Position numbers and translations under genes: made by a program. Of a DNA stretch of 64,000 nt, positions 1-12,967 are shown piece after piece. Every line of letters begins with the position of its first letter. Within the stretch, counting starts at the first letter, position 1. The DNA lies in the NCBI GenBank assembly GCA_964234715.1, contig OZ174284.1; one strand, written 5' to 3'. Source of the stretch: Podarcis melisellensis. Taxonomy: Eukaryota. Under the pieces are notes generated by a model, which saw only the letters and a program-made list of their open reading frames with translations, was not told where the DNA came from and searched no databases.

Positions 1-26
1 AAAAAGAAAAGGTGTCGTAGGAGAGA

Positions 27-299
27 AACTATTTTTCGCTCTATAAGACACACCCGACCATAAGACACACCTAGTTTTTAGAGGAGGAAAACAAGAAAAA
101 ATGTTGTAAGTGGGAAAGTGGAGGCTGCCAGCAGAGCAGTGCGGCTCCCACCACCACCACCACCAAGGAGCAGCTCAGGAGGGTGCTGTACTCCAACAAT
201 TTGGCTCCAGGGACCACACATTCGCTCCATAAGATGCACAGACCTCTCCCCTTACTTTTTAAGAGGAAAAAAGTGCATCTTATGGAGCAAAAAATACGG
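27..299. mobile_element. Non-autonomous Tc1/mariner-type DNA transposon (MITE)
   Basis: Imperfect terminal inverted repeats TATTTTTCGCTCTATAAGACACAC (30-53) and GTGCATCTTATGGAGCAAAAAATACGG (273-299), followed by TA. Confidence 0.55.
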
Positions 300-700
300 T
301 AAGTATGATTTACAAAAAAGTTTAAAATGGAGCTTGCAGAATGCACAAAAAAGTATGCATTTCCTACAAAGAGATGCAAAACTTTTGATTCCTGAGCATG
401 CTAAAGCTATCAAATATTAGAAGCGCTAGGGAAGGCAGAAGTATTTTTATCACAGGTATTTCCTTTCTACATTGTAATAAATATCAGGTCTAGAATGTTA
501 ATCAGGATGTGGATTTATTAGCTGAAGTCTTGCAACTTCTTTGGTTCAAAACTGCTACATAATAAGAGAGGGAAGAAATTGAGGGAAATGCTTTTATTGT
601 TCTTTATGTGATATTTTTATTTAAAATACTTGTCTCCCTTTTTTCTAAACAAATGCATCCAAAGGAATTCACAAGTGTTTCAATAATGCCTTTCTTTTAG

Positions 701-812
701 CTGAGCCACCAAGAATACTCACTCCTCATAACGAACTCTATCAAGTCATTGCAAACAAACCTGCCCTTCTGGACTGTGCTTTTTTTGGATCACCTGTGCC
801 TGAAATTGAATG
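701..812 (+). CDS. NRCAM: NRCAM exon, Ig5 N-half (AEPPRILTPHNELYQVIANKPALLDCAFFGSPVPEIEW); the gene's 5' part lies upstream of the window
   Basis: tttcttttag|CTGAGCCA...GAATG|gtaagt; translation matches the NrCAM Ig5 start; phases 1/2. Confidence 0.95.
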
Positions 813-1213
813 GTAAGTTAATTATGATGTAAAAAACTTAAAAGATGTTCTGTTCCATTCACAACAGTTATTTAAGCAAATAATTTTGGAAATTTGTAAA
901 ATAGAAAACTGTTTTTTTTTTTTTTTCATTTGCAAACCATTTTCTTACTTAGGGAAGCAACATTAGTATATTTGCTTATTTCCCCATTTTCAACAGAATG
1001 CATATTTTCTTTCACTAGTCAGGACAAAATTAAATGATCTGTTAAATGCATGATCGTATTTAACAGGTTTTTAAAAATGTATTCTTCCTTTTAAATACCC
1101 ATTTCAGAATGGGGATCAGGTTTGTCATCCCCCCCAAAAAATATTCCATTTGCCCGCCCTCCCCAAGTGCTAGTCCCTATGGGATGATTATTTTTTTGGA
1201 ACTCTGCCATACA

Positions 1214-1335
1214 GAATAGAATACTGAGGGCCATTTAGTCCAACTGCCTGCAATGCAGGAATCTTTTCCCCAACGTTGGGCTGAAACCCACAACCCTAAG
1301 ATTAAGAGCCTTTTTCTCTATCAGCTGAGCTATCC
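1214..1335 (-). mobile_element. Degenerate tRNA-derived SINE with CR1-like tail
   Basis: Reverse complement reads GATAGCTCAGCTGATAGAG...CTCTTAATCTTAGGGTTGTGGGTTTCAGCCCAACGTTGGG (tRNA-Lys-like head). Related copies at ~13955-14100 and ~23665-23785. Confidence 0.55.
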
Positions 1336-1606
1336 TCTTTCACTCTGCAGAAATGGGCTTGTTTCTAATTGGTGGAAGCAGTTTTTCAAAAGTAAAAACT
1401 AGGCTATGTCAAATCCATCACAACAATCATACTTTGGCCGTGGGAATCTCCTCGTTGAATATTAGTATATTCTAACCCTAGTATTTACAAGCCATGAATT
1501 TACTGGTACTGGTCTGATGTATAAAGATGTATTTATTTAAAGAAACTCATTTTCACCCAATGATGTTTGAATAAATGCATAACATGATTGTGTTTTCAAC
1601 ACTTAG

Positions 1607-1773
1607 GTTTAAAGGAGTGAAAGGTAGCATTCTCCAAGGAAATCAGTATGTTTTCCATAAAAATGGAACCTTGGAAATTCCTGAAGCCCAGAAGGATAGT
1701 GCTGGCACGTATACCTGTGTTGCAAGAAATAAACTAGGGAAGGTACAAAACGAAGTTCAATTAGAAATCAAGG
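1607..1773 (+). CDS. NRCAM: NRCAM exon, Ig5 C-half (FKGVKGSILQGNQYVFHKNGTLEIPEAQKDSAGTYTCVARNKLGKVQNEVQLEIK)
   Basis: acttag|GTTT...AAGG|gtaaga; Ig F-strand motif DSAGTYTC; in phase with flanking exons. Confidence 0.95.
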
Positions 1774-1865
1774 GTAAGAAATCATGCCTCCTACCACTCT
1801 TCTAATCACAATTCCCTAAAGAATTTCCAGCTGTTAAATATCTTAATAGTAATTTTATGTTTCAG

Positions 1866-2013
1866 AGCCAACAATGATTATTAAGCAGCCTGAATACAAA
1901 GTTGTACAAAGGACTGGGCAGGTTTCCTTTGAATGTACAATTAAACATGATGCAACCTTAGTACCAACAGTTACATGGTTGAAGGACGGCGCTGAATTGC
2001 CAAATGATGAAAG
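1866..2013 (+). CDS. NRCAM: NRCAM exon, Ig6 N-half (EPTMIIKQPEYKVVQRTGQVSFECTIKHDATLVPTVTWLKDGAELPNDER)
   Basis: ttcag|AGCCA...GAAAG|gtatgt; Ig Cys and WLKDG motif. Confidence 0.95.
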
Positions 2014-2553
2014 GTATGTACATCATTTTTTCTTTCACCATTTTTTTCCAAGGCATTAAAATCCAGTTATTTATGCATTTCATAGAAGAAGTACAATTTT
2101 CCTTACATGATATTTCTAATGGGACAACATACTTTAAGGCGCCCTTTAGGACTTAAGGGGATTTGGTCATTCTAGCATTACTTTGTTACTATATTTGAAA
2201 GGTAGTGCACAAAGTGCACACATTTTGTGGAGGGGTTTCCCGTAGGGTTTATTTCAGTCCCGTGTGACTTACAAGCCACCAATCATGTATTGTGGTCTTC
2301 CCGTTGCTCAAGGAAGGTGGCAAAAACAGAAAGTTTGTTGGATAGCAATATTGTGGATCACAAATTTCGCAGGGTGTCATATTTTGGCTAACACAGAAAA
2401 ATAAGACATAATGAGAAGAGATAAAAGGGGTAGACTATGTAAGAAAATGTGATTGCCGCCTTCCCTGTCATAGGAATGCATGCAAACAGGTGTTTGATAG
2501 CTTTGCAGTCTGCTACATGCATACAGAGGCAGTTATATGATCTGCAATCTTCA

Positions 2554-3292
2554 TGTCCTTAAATAAATTCAGACAAGACTCAAATTTTGGTTTAGTTTTT
2601 GGCAGAATTTAGGCCACAACTTTATTGATTACAGCAAGTGAGTGGTTGCATAGGCTCTGGTTTGACTAGCTCCCTGCACCATTTCAGGTAGCGCTCACCC
2701 AGGTCACCAGCATAGGTCAGCCTAGGGTGAACACCTGGATAAGCAGAAAGCCGGGAACAGGCTATCTCCGCCACCCAAATGCCCCCCTGGACTCAGGCAC
2801 AGGCACAACCCCCTCTCAGGGGTTGACCAAACCATCGAGTCCCTGGATTCCTTTAATGGAATACCCTTCACATAGGGATGGTGAGAGCATTCTCCCATCC
2901 CTATCGCCTGAACCAGAGCCTATCCACAACCTTACAAGTTGTGATGATTTGCTACATGGCAGGCGAAACCCAAATGGCACCAGCCAATCAGCCAACTGGG
3001 GAAAATTCCTGCCGTGTCCCTGTCCCAATGACAGACGACACACGATGGCATAGCAAGGTCAAGCACATAGCCCTAAATATAGGGAGAGGTGGGCGGGTGT
3101 TCCGGATGCACATGCCAAAAGAGGAAGCTCTGGGACACGTGCATAGGTATATATAGGTCCCTTGATCCATTTAGCTTGTGTCCCATTGGCCTGATTAAAC
3201 CCAGCATCAAGGGACCTACCAACTGGGTGTTGTGGCTATTCAATCAAACCCACCCACAACACAGGGTTTGGTTGCCAGGTCTCACCGCAACA
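2554..3292 (-). mobile_element. Possible LTR-like insertion (GC-richer block)
   Basis: Abrupt GC increase, TG...CA ends and a minus-strand AATAAA near 2620. No clean TSD found. Confidence 0.3.
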
Positions 3293-4143
3293 CGTGCCCT
3301 CTTTAAGGAAGGACCCGATTTATTACAGCTGTTTGAAAAGGTATATAAATCAGATTGCAGAATGGGACTCCTAACAGAATTGTAACTGCATATTTCCAAA
3401 TTCCCAAGTTCCGACCAAGATTCCCTGTTCACTTTGTGGAACATGGAATTGTTTGGACCTACCCTTTGCATTCATGGAGCTTTCCTCTTCACTGAAAAAG
3501 GTGGTGCCATTGTGAACAGGCAGCTTTTTGTATATAGACATCAGAACTTCTGTGTACTCTTCAACTCGCTCCACTAGGTGTATGCAGATTCTGGAGAGAG
3601 CCAAGCCATGAATTCAGTTTAATACAATGCAACACACTATGTAAGCCAAATTGTGACTTAGCTCAATGCATCTGCAAAATGTTTTGGCAGGAGCAAAGTG
3701 TCTGTGATCTCCTGTCCTGAAGGAAAGGAGATTGATTTGGCCTAACGTTATGTGGCACTAAGGACTCCGAATAGACATGCATTAGAGGCTGTTCTGTAAA
3801 TTTTTGAAGCTACTGAATCATAACCAATTATTTTAAATTTAGCATAGTTGGATTGGGTAATACATTTTTCAACCACAGTAATTATATACCAATTATATTT
3901 AAGAAGTACTATACTCTTGTTCCTGCTTCCACTACACTATATTTTTTGATGATGCAGGCAATATTTAGTGGGTTGATATGTGACCTAAATGTGGTTTATT
4001 TACTGCATGAAGGATGCTTTCTCAATATTAGATAATATTGAAGTATTTTTCAGTACTGATATTAAGATTTTACTGTATTTTGTTGCAATATATACTTATA
4101 GTCCTACGCACCAATGGAATGACTAAATGTATTGTAATTGCAG

Positions 4144-4268
4144 GTTTATTGTCGGTAAACACAACTTGACCATTATGAATGTCACCGATAAAGATGGTGG
4201 AGCATATACTTGCATAGCTAATACTACTCTGGACAGTGTTTCCGCAAGTGCTGTGCTCACTGTTGTTG
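4144..4268 (+). CDS. NRCAM: NRCAM exon, Ig6 C-half (FIVGKHNLTIMNVTDKDGGAYTCIANTTLDSVSASAVLTVV)
   Basis: ttgcag|GTTT...GTTG|gtaaga; DGGAYTC motif. Not in the ORF track; read manually. Confidence 0.95.
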
Positions 4269-5834
4269 GTAAGATTTATTTTAACTTATGATTATGACTA
4301 TGATAAATCTATTATCTATTACTGAGTTTCAGCTAATGGTAGGGTTGCCATATATCTGGATTTATGCATGAGCATAAATTTATGTTGCCACATATACTCC
4401 TGAAAAACCACGCCAGAAGTTCATGGAACCCTTGAGAATGGTGTGGGATGGGATGCAAGGAGCTTCAGGGAGAGGAGGAAACGAGTGGAAATCAGTCAGA
4501 CACAGTTTATGTGGAGAGAAACTCTGCATGCACAAGGAAATCCTCCCCAGTTTTCATAACTCTCTACTGGAGCTCCTTGCAACCCATAATAAGTTGCTCT
4601 TGAGGGTCCTCATGCCACAAGTGGGCACAGTGGAGCTACAGTGGGGGAAAGGGGTAGGAAAGCCTTCTAATGTAAGTCTCCTTATGCTCAGACATACCTG
4701 GATCCAACCTATTTTATTTATAGATTAACTATTTTTAATGCCTTTTATTGTTTATAAAGATAATAAGCATGCACACTTTACAGATGCTTTGGCAGTACTG
4801 CACACATATTTGAGAAAGGAAGAAGGGCCCAAAATTTAGTTCCCACATGATCGAAACGGATTTTTAAAACTGCCTGTATCAGCCACAGAGACATGATCCA
4901 GCACAGATAAATACACAGCTCTGAATGTTCAATGTGTGGGTTTTCTCTGCAAGTTCTGTTTTCATACATGGATCCTCTAAACCTGATTCTACTATGGATT
5001 GCCCTAGCAATATTAGGCTTTTGTCTATAACCTCATTTACATCCCAGCTTTTTCTGTTTGTTGAATTAGAAAAAAAATCAATGTCTGCCTATGCCTGTTA
5101 AGGGGGGGGGGGATGACTTTCCTTAATCCATCTCAGGGACTGGGGTTGAGGCTGTAGAAACCAATTTTGCCTTAATCCATTGTATATTTACTTTCCTGAT
5201 GGCTTATATTATTTTAGATAGCTATCAAGGATCAGCAAGTTGCACAGAAACACATATTCCTATCTGTGTATCTGGGTGTGAGCTAATTTGCCTGTTGCAT
5301 GGGAAAATAAAACTGATACAAGCAATAGGGTAATAGACACAGATCCACCTGCTAAGCAGTCTTGTTCTGCCAAGCTACGAACAAAGCAGGGAAGGTGCAC
5401 TGTGCACAAACACACACACACGTGTGTGCTACTGTTATGGTTGTGATTTCCTGGGTTGAGAAATGAACTAGGAAGGAAACAAGGTAGTTACAATGAGCTA
5501 GTAAAATATACTTCAATATAAGTTAAGCAAGACTTTTTCGTTAGTCATTGGCTTATTCATGAATAACCCTACAGTATCCAGGCTTTGTTTTAGTTTATCA
5601 CCTGTTTGCAAAAAGTTGCTTATGTCTCAGAACAATGGATGTCATCAATTTTACTTGCTACAGTTTTCAGCTTGACCCCTAATCAGTGCATGATTAGAAA
5701 TTAATACTTATCCATATAGAAGTAACTTTGTGTTATAATATTCAGCCATTTTAATAGTAACTTACTTGTACAGTTCAGTTTCTTTTCCGGCTACTAACAC
5801 TGACTATATACTTTATATTAATATCCTTTTTCAG

Positions 5835-5864
5835 CTCCTCCAACAGCCCCACCTGTTGTTTACG
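5835..5864 (+). CDS. NRCAM: NRCAM 30-nt alternative linker microexon between Ig6 and FnIII-1 (APPTAPPVVY; 'AE10')
   Basis: cctttttcag|CTCCTCCAACAGCCCCACCTGTTGTTTACG|gtaaac; symmetric phase 1; Pro-rich like the mammalian 10-aa exon. Confidence 0.88.
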
Positions 5865-8414
5865 GTAAACTAATAAAAAAAAGTCTTGTTTGTGTCATGC
5901 ACCAAATGTTCCTAACCTTTCAAGCCTATTTCAAGCTGAGATTTTCTCTCCCCCCCCCCCCTGTTTCATTACATTTTACAAACTTATTTTGGATCTGATG
6001 ATAATTTAGTATTGTGTTACCATTCTTTTGAGCTAAATGCTTGAACTGTTTCATTATTATGATTTAATACAGCCTGTGATCAATATTTCTAATAACTGAG
6101 CAAACATTTTATCCAAAACTGTGTTCAACATACCTCTTTAAATGCACATATTTTTATCATTTAAATTATTCCTTAATACTTATCCATCCCCAAAAATCAT
6201 TTACATTTTCTCCACCAGATAATGTTTAATATTCCTTTTGACCTTTTCTATGGGCTTTTGGATATGTTTGGCTTATTCCTGAGCTGTTATATGAAGAACA
6301 GCAAAATGGATACAAGTCTGAAGTTAAGTCAACAACTAAGTGCAAGGCCTTAGACTGATGAAAATTGAAACATGAAGCTGTGCTGGGAATTAACTACTTG
6401 TTTTCATCCTTGGCCAGGGCTAGCACAAGTCTTGGGTAGACTCTGCCCTCATCTTTTCTTTACTCCCAAAACTTTAAAGATGTTTTGCTGCTGCATCTTC
6501 AATGAGTTTCACAGGTCCACCTTTCCTGAGCTTGGCAGAGTTTCAGCAGTTACGTCTAAATGTGGTCTGAATGTTCTCTTCCAAGACCTTTCAGCTCAAA
6601 ATTTAGGGGGACGATTTTCACCACCACAAGGTTTTGACAGTGGCACTCCTCAATCCCATGGAGGTGGTGCTGCATCTGGGGGCTCAGCGTATTTTAATTC
6701 TCAGAAATCCCCTGGGAATAGCCTGCTAGGGGACACATATTGTTTGGAAGGAAATGTCTTGACCTTAAAATCTCACCCAACAACCAACAAGATCCTTGCC
6801 ATGGAGCGGGAGAAAGAATCTGCCCTTCCAGATGTGAGATAAGACAAGTAAGAAAAATCCTTCAACAAAGCTGCAGGAATGATTCAAAGTCCCATTTCCA
6901 CAAATCACCAGAAACACTACATAATGCAAACTTAAAAAAACAGCACCTAAGTTTAATATATTTATGTTTTGCCCTTCCACCCAAAGGATCCTCAGGAGGG
7001 CTAATAATTCAAGGTCAAAACTGACAATGGTATGTGGTCTTTAGGGGGTTTAAAACCTTTGCCGCTGCTATTTTCCCAATTCAAACCACCCCTGTCTCAG
7101 TCATCAGTTTTTGCACCAAGGAGAGAACTCTCTATTTAATTTGGGGGTGGGTAGGGATTGCATATGGACAAGAGAAGTAGCAAAGGGTTAGTACTCCCCT
7201 ACTATCCAAGGTGATTCAAATTGAGCCTTACATGGTGGCAATTTGTGTAGAAACAGCAGCAGAAGCAACAACAACAATATCAGCTCCATATCTGTGCCTT
7301 TATCTTCTAGTTTGGTCTTCAAATAATTAAAAATATATAAAATAGTGGTACATCAAAACAGAGTTAGTTCTTCAAACCATATAAATCTAGCACCAAAAGG
7401 TTAAAATGCACCCAGACCCCTAAAATCATCTTAAAAGTTCAGGAAAAATAAAAATGTCAGGAGAACAAATCAGCATCAGCTGAACCTCTGGAGAGCAAGT
7501 TATTCACGCTGAAGCCACATTTCAAATAATTTACATATCATAATTCATTATATATCATCATGGCTTCCATCAAGGATTGGTGACAATTGTGGTTTTGGAT
7601 GAATTAGAAATGCTGTTCTAAGACCCCTGCTCTCCTTCCCCACCCACCCCATACCAATTTTGAGGGGAAGTTGTGATGCCATCACAGTTAAGCCCATTCG
7701 AAATGTATATTATCCAGAGTGAATAACTGCAGATGAATAAAAGAAAGAAGCAGCGGTGATGATAAACTATGGGCATGGTCAATAGCTGAGTTGTTGCTGC
7801 ATACTAAGACAGGAAAGGGGAGGAAGAGGTTGGTGCAGTGCAAACGTGCTGGCAGGAACATTGGATTGCACCATGTCAACCACACCCCTCTCTGTCCCAG
7901 TATACAGTAGCAACTCAGTTGAAGGATGGTCAGGTAAGTGGCACAGCCCCACTCTGCCATCTGTATTATTATTAAAAAAGGAACCTTCCTAGAAAAAGAA
8001 CATCAGAGTGTTTCTGATCACTGTAATTCTGAAACAGTTGTTTTTTGTTAATATGTATGCTTTTTATTTTCCTTTTGTGTATGAGGAGACTTGCTTTCAC
8101 ATACAGTAGTTTTCTACTCATCATCATTAATCATTAACTGAAACTGCTGGCGAACCATACTACTTCTCAACTTTGCAGTTACCATTATTTCTTAAAACAC
8201 AAGGCAATCTGGCACTGGAGTTCTTGTAACAATTCTTGCTTTTTCTTCTTTTTGCATTGTTTCCCAGCAAAATCGGTTATTCATTTTCATTGCAGTTGCA
8301 TGCTAGTGACCACTAAATCATTTGTACATGTTGAAAGCAGTTATGGTTAGATTTTGTTTTCCTGGATAGCAACTAATTTGTGTTTATCTTCCTTTGCGCT
8401 TATTTGGCTTGCAG

Positions 8415-8516
8415 ATCGTCCTGATCCACCTTTTGATCTGGAATTGACAGATCATCAAGAGAGAACTGTTCAGCTCACGTGGATACCGGGCAATGACAAT
8501 AATAGCCCTATTACGA
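8415..8516 (+). CDS. NRCAM: NRCAM exon, FnIII-1 N-half ([34 protein letters not shown])
   Basis: ttgcag|ATCG...ACGA|gtatgg; classic L1-family FnIII-1 sequence. Confidence 0.95.
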
Positions 8517-9455
8517 GTATGGTTTGCTATGTTTATTTGACTAAATTAAATTAAAAGGGGAACAATGTGTTACATTTAAAAGGGAGTGTGTTTTGTCCCC
8601 AGATTCTACGTAATTATATTTTTCATTTGCAATTTTCTTATTAGCTGTACACTTTTGTACCATTATTGGACACTAAATAAAATAAAAAGGCACAATCCTT
8701 TAAGGCAGGGATGGGAACTTTTCTTTTCATTAAGAGCTGGAGATCATGAGGGAGGGCCTTTTCTGTGACTTCTCTGTGTGTATGTGCTTGCTCTCTTTCA
8801 ACCATCCACATTTTTTTCTCAGCCACCCACCCCCTGTTTGCTTTGCCAGCACAGATATCAAGTTCTTCTCTTTCATGAGAATAGAATGCCTTTAAATGTG
8901 GCCATAGTAATGGCTCATCTCAGAGGAACTGGAAGTCAAATGCTGCTGCTTCTCGTTGTCTTCTTCTCATCTCATTTGTCTCTCTGTGGTCTGGCTTTTC
9001 TGTTTCTCTTCCCTTTAACCAGCACCAGCCCTGATGGTGTGCAGCTGCTGCTGCCATAAACAAATGCTGCAAGCTGGGTTAGATAAGTCTATTTCTAGGA
9101 CAATCTGCCAACTTTTCAGGCTATAGCATTCCTGTTTTCAAAAACATGAAAACCTCTTTTTATACAATTATCATATTTTTTAAAATATATTTATTTCTAA
9201 GAAAAAAATGTTTGCATTGCATCCTAACCATTTTTCAGTATACAGAGATAACATATCATTACATAGTGAAACCTATAATAATAATCATGTTGATATCATG
9301 CCATTCCTACACTAAAAGAGGACAATTTCTTATAAAATTATATTGACATAGATATTGTCCTCAGCTCATTATAATCTGAAACATTTCCTTTTTGCTTGTT
9401 GCATGACAGAAAGTTATCTGGTCTCTGAAGCAATCCTCTTTTATTTTATATGCAG

Positions 9456-9653
9456 AGTTTGTCATTGAATATGAAGATGCCATGCGTGAACCAGGGATAT
9501 GGAACTACCTGACAGAAATCTCTGGGATCCTGACAACTGTACAGTTAAAGCTGTCACCATATGTTAACTATTCATTTCGTGTAGTAGCTGTCAATGACAT
9601 TGGAAATAGCCAACCAAGTGAAGCCTCTGAACAATACTTTACAAAAGCTGCAA
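9456..9653 (+). CDS. NRCAM: NRCAM exon, FnIII-1 C-half ([16 protein letters not shown]...[36 protein letters not shown])
   Basis: tgcag|AGTTT...GCAA|gtaaat; [11 protein letters not shown] motif. Confidence 0.95.
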
Positions 9654-9758
9654 GTAAATAAACGCTATCACTTACAATTATCAGCTTAGACCGTAGATAG
9701 TACTGAATTATTTGGGATGGGTAAAGAGTTTACTTAAATATAAATATTTAACTTCTAG

Positions 9759-9829
9759 AGCCGGATGACAATCCTACTGGGGTTCAAGGGATTGGATCAG
9801 AACCTGATAATTTGGTGATCATGTGGGAG
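9759..9829 (+). CDS. NRCAM: NRCAM exon, FnIII-2 start (KPDDNPTGVQGLGSEPDNLVIMWE)
   Basis: ttctag|AGCCG...GAG|gtaagg. Confidence 0.93.
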
Positions 9830-9880
9830 GTAAGGATATATACATTTTTTAAAGAGTTTGAACCCTTTCAGAATTTGAAC

Positions 9881-10270
9881 CCAAAGAAGGCGTCCTCTTT
9901 GGGCTCCAGGAAGGGTCTCATCACAAGCTGTAGGGCAGTGGGACTTTGTTGAGGCTGCTCAGCCTCCCCACCTAACATCTGACGTGTGGGGTAGCGTAGC
10001 AGCAGTTGCTAACCCATAAGTCAGCTGAGCAGCCTCAACAAAGCCTCACTGCTCCTCTGGCTCATGAGGAGAGCCTCCTCAGTGCCTGAAGAGGGTGTCT
10101 TCTTTGAGCTCTAGGGAGTATCTTCCCATGTGCTGAAGGTTTGTTTAGGCTGCTCAGCTGCTACACAGGAAACCTTCCCCATGCATCAGCTGAGCAGCTC
10201 ACTATAGCCCCGCTACACCTCTGGCTTGCAAGGACACCCTCCCCAGAGCCCAAAGAGGATGCTTTCTTCA
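9881..10270. repeat. Fold-back (inverted repeat) element, probably an old MITE
   Basis: 9881-9963 is an imperfect reverse complement of 10023-10107 (core CTTTGTTGAGGCTGCTCAGC / GCTGAGCAGCCTCAACAAAG). A third partial arm lies at ~10190-10270. Confidence 0.7.
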
Positions 10271-10664
10271 GACTCTTGGGAGGGTCTCTTCGTGAGCCAC
10301 AAGGACTCTCCAGGGTGCTCCCCAGTTCCGGTTTACTGGTGTTGTACATGTGTGCAGTTGCACGTAAGTAGATCACACACAAGTGGGGAGTTGCCTGTAT
10401 AAGAATAAAATTTCACTAAATTATATAAAAAGGGGAACAATGAAACTGCTCATGAACTACAATATTTCTGAAAGGGTTTGGTTGGAAATATCTAACTATG
10501 CAAGCAATAAGATTTCACAGGAAGCACCTGGTTAAATTGGCATATTGTGGAATTCTTCAACCCAAGGTCATTGGTTTTATATAATTATTGTCTTATTTTC
10601 TGTATTTTCTTTAAATGCAGTAGCTAACTATAAATTTCTTCTTCTTCTTCACTTTCCATTTTAG

Positions 10665-10890
10665 CCCTTAAAGCATTTTCAGTCCAACGGTCCAGGGCTC
10701 CAGTACAAAGTCAGTTGGCGGCAGAAGGATGGCGACGATGATTGGACATCTGTTACAGTTGCAAATGTATCCAAATATATTGTGTCTGGTACACCGACCT
10801 TTGCTCCTTACGAGATAAAAGTGCAGTCGTTAAATGATTTGGGACCTGCTCCAGAACCAACAACAACAATTGGACATTCTGGGGAAGATT
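10665..10890 (+). CDS. NRCAM: NRCAM exon, FnIII-2 (PLKHFQSNGPGLQYKVSWRQKDGDDDW...TPTFAPYEIKVQSLNDLGPAPEPTTTIGHSGED)
   Basis: ttttag|CCCTTA...GATT|gtaagt; GHSGED motif. Confidence 0.95.
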
Positions 10891-11095
10891 GTAAGTTGAT
10901 TAATTTTATTCTTTTGCAATAATCCTTGCTGCGAGGGCTATACATTTATCGCAATGCACTGAAGCTTTGATAGTAATTACATTATGGTGAAATATATAGA
11001 TTCACAACCTAACTTCTAGACTTCTGAAGTCTCTAAAGTGTCATGGGTATGTGTAAGTTGCTCTAACCTGGGATTCATTGAATTTTCTCCAACAG

Positions 11096-11211
11096 TACCA
11101 ATGGTTGCTCCAGGCAATTTGCAGGTACAAGTTGTAAACAGCACCTTAGCAAAAGTGCAATGGGATCCAGTTCTGTTAAAGTATGTCCGAGGTCATCTAC
11201 AGGGATACAAA
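11096..11211 (+). CDS. NRCAM: NRCAM exon, FnIII-3 N-half (LPMVAPGNLQVQVVNSTLAKVQWDPVLLKYVRGHLQGYK)
   Basis: ccaacag|TACCA...TACAAA|gtaagt. Confidence 0.95.
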
Positions 11212-12133
11212 GTAAGTTAACCATTGTAGCCTCTTAAACAATATTTACTCTTTGTTTCTATTTTTGGGGTGGGAACTTCTAGCTATGAGTTCTGAACTCT
11301 AAATATTAAAGCTTATCTCTTTTTATAGCAGTCTGTTTCATTTTCAACAGCCAGTATTTGATTGAAATAGCTATTCTGTCAGCTTCCATGTGATTAAAGT
11401 AACTGCCCGAGCCATTGTGCTTCACTTTCTAGAAGAAAGGCCATTAGTTCATTCTGTCAAAAACGATTTTTAGCCTGACTGCTGATATCCTTTACCCTTA
11501 AGTGCTTCCAGAAAAGTGTGACGTGAATGGTTCTGAAAATTAATATAGCATGACTCAACCAGGAATTATTCTTTCTAGTACAACTAGCATTAGGGGAAAA
11601 AATCAGCAGGCTTGAATAGTTATTTTTTTCTACTGATAATAATTGTGAATTTTACCTTCTCATACCAGCATATTAGATAAAACTTAAAACAATTCACTTT
11701 ATAAATAATGTTCTGCATAAACCTGGCAGGTACTGTGTTATCAAATACTATCATCCTGCTGTGCCACTAAATCGCTTCAGATTTGTTTCTGATAAACCTT
11801 TTAAAGTAATAAAAATAAAGGTGAATGCAACATATATGCCGTGTAATTGTCATGGGCTAAAAAAATTAAATCACACCCTGTAACCACAGATGAACATGAA
11901 CAGTCTTAAAAGCACTTGATTAAAAGGATCTGTTGGTGGGGCTTATGGGCTTTACGTCCAAATAAACATGCATAGGATTGCATATATCCAAATAAGCATG
12001 TTTAGGATTTTGTATGCCTCATTAAAAGAGCCTCAGAACCCTAAATTGCATGTCAGAAACCTTTATCATAGTATGTTGCAAACCAGTAAAGCAGTGGATA
12101 AATATTTTTTAAAAATATATATTTAATTTTTAG

Positions 12134-12338
12134 ATTTACTATATGAAAGTGGAAAGTTTATCTGGAAGAATTAACCAGCATGTCGAAAAAAAGGCACTGT
12201 CTTTTCCTGGAAATAAGACACATGGAATGTTGCCAGGACTGGAGCCATATAGCACTTACAAATTGAATGTTAGAGTGGTTAATGGAAAAGGAGAAGGACC
12301 AGCAACCCCTGATGAAACATTTAAAACTCCCGAAGGAG
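12134..12338 (+). CDS. NRCAM: NRCAM exon, FnIII-3 C-half (IYYMKVESLSGRINQHVEKKALSF...NGKGEGPATPDETFKTPEG)
   Basis: ttttag|ATTTAC...GGAG|gtatgc; LEPYSTY and NGKGEGP motifs. Confidence 0.95.
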
Positions 12339-12661
12339 GTATGCAGTTAGAAAACAATAAAGCTACTCTATTTGCATTTAATGTTTCAAATGCATTTTAC
12401 ATTCCTGAAAATCATAATCCTATCAGTGATCACTAGGATTTCTTGAGTAAAACATGAATCAGATTAGAATGTGGGTCTTACATTGTGCTACTACCTAATC
12501 AGTATTACCGTACATTGTGTAAAAGGTGGAAGTAAATGTAGGGCTCATTTACACTGGCTTGTATTTGAACTTTATTTAATTTTAGTTAATAATGGTGGTG
12601 GTGGTGATGGCAAGTTTGTTACTTATTATCTTTAACATGTGTCATTTTGTCATCTTAAAAG

Positions 12662-12784
12662 TTCCGAGCGCACCCTCGTTTTTGAAGATTACCAATCCAA
12701 ATCTGGATTCCCTCACTTTGGAATGGGGACCACCTTCTCATCCAAATGGTGTTGTGGTAGGATATATACTAAAGTTTCAACCAA
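12662..12784 (+). CDS. NRCAM: NRCAM exon, FnIII-4 N-half (VPSAPSFLKITNPNLDSLTLEWGPPSHPNGVVVGYILKFQP)
   Basis: cttaaaag|TTCCG...CCAA|gtgagt. Confidence 0.94.
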
Positions 12785-12879
12785 GTGAGTAGACAGTTGT
12801 TTTTCATTTCTCAAAACACATGCTTACTGAATAGTTAATAGCAGCTTTTAAAGTTGATAATATATCTTTGTAGGGAACA

Positions 12880-12923
12880 GATTCAGGTAGGTAGCCGTGT
12901 TGGTCTGATGTAGTCGAAATATA

Positions 12924-12967
<44 letters not shown>

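Noticed and set aside
6372-7024. 156-aa and 94-aa + strand ORFs in the Ig6-FnIII-1 intron
   Set aside because: No recognisable domain or splice-compatible boundaries; probably decayed repeat sequence.
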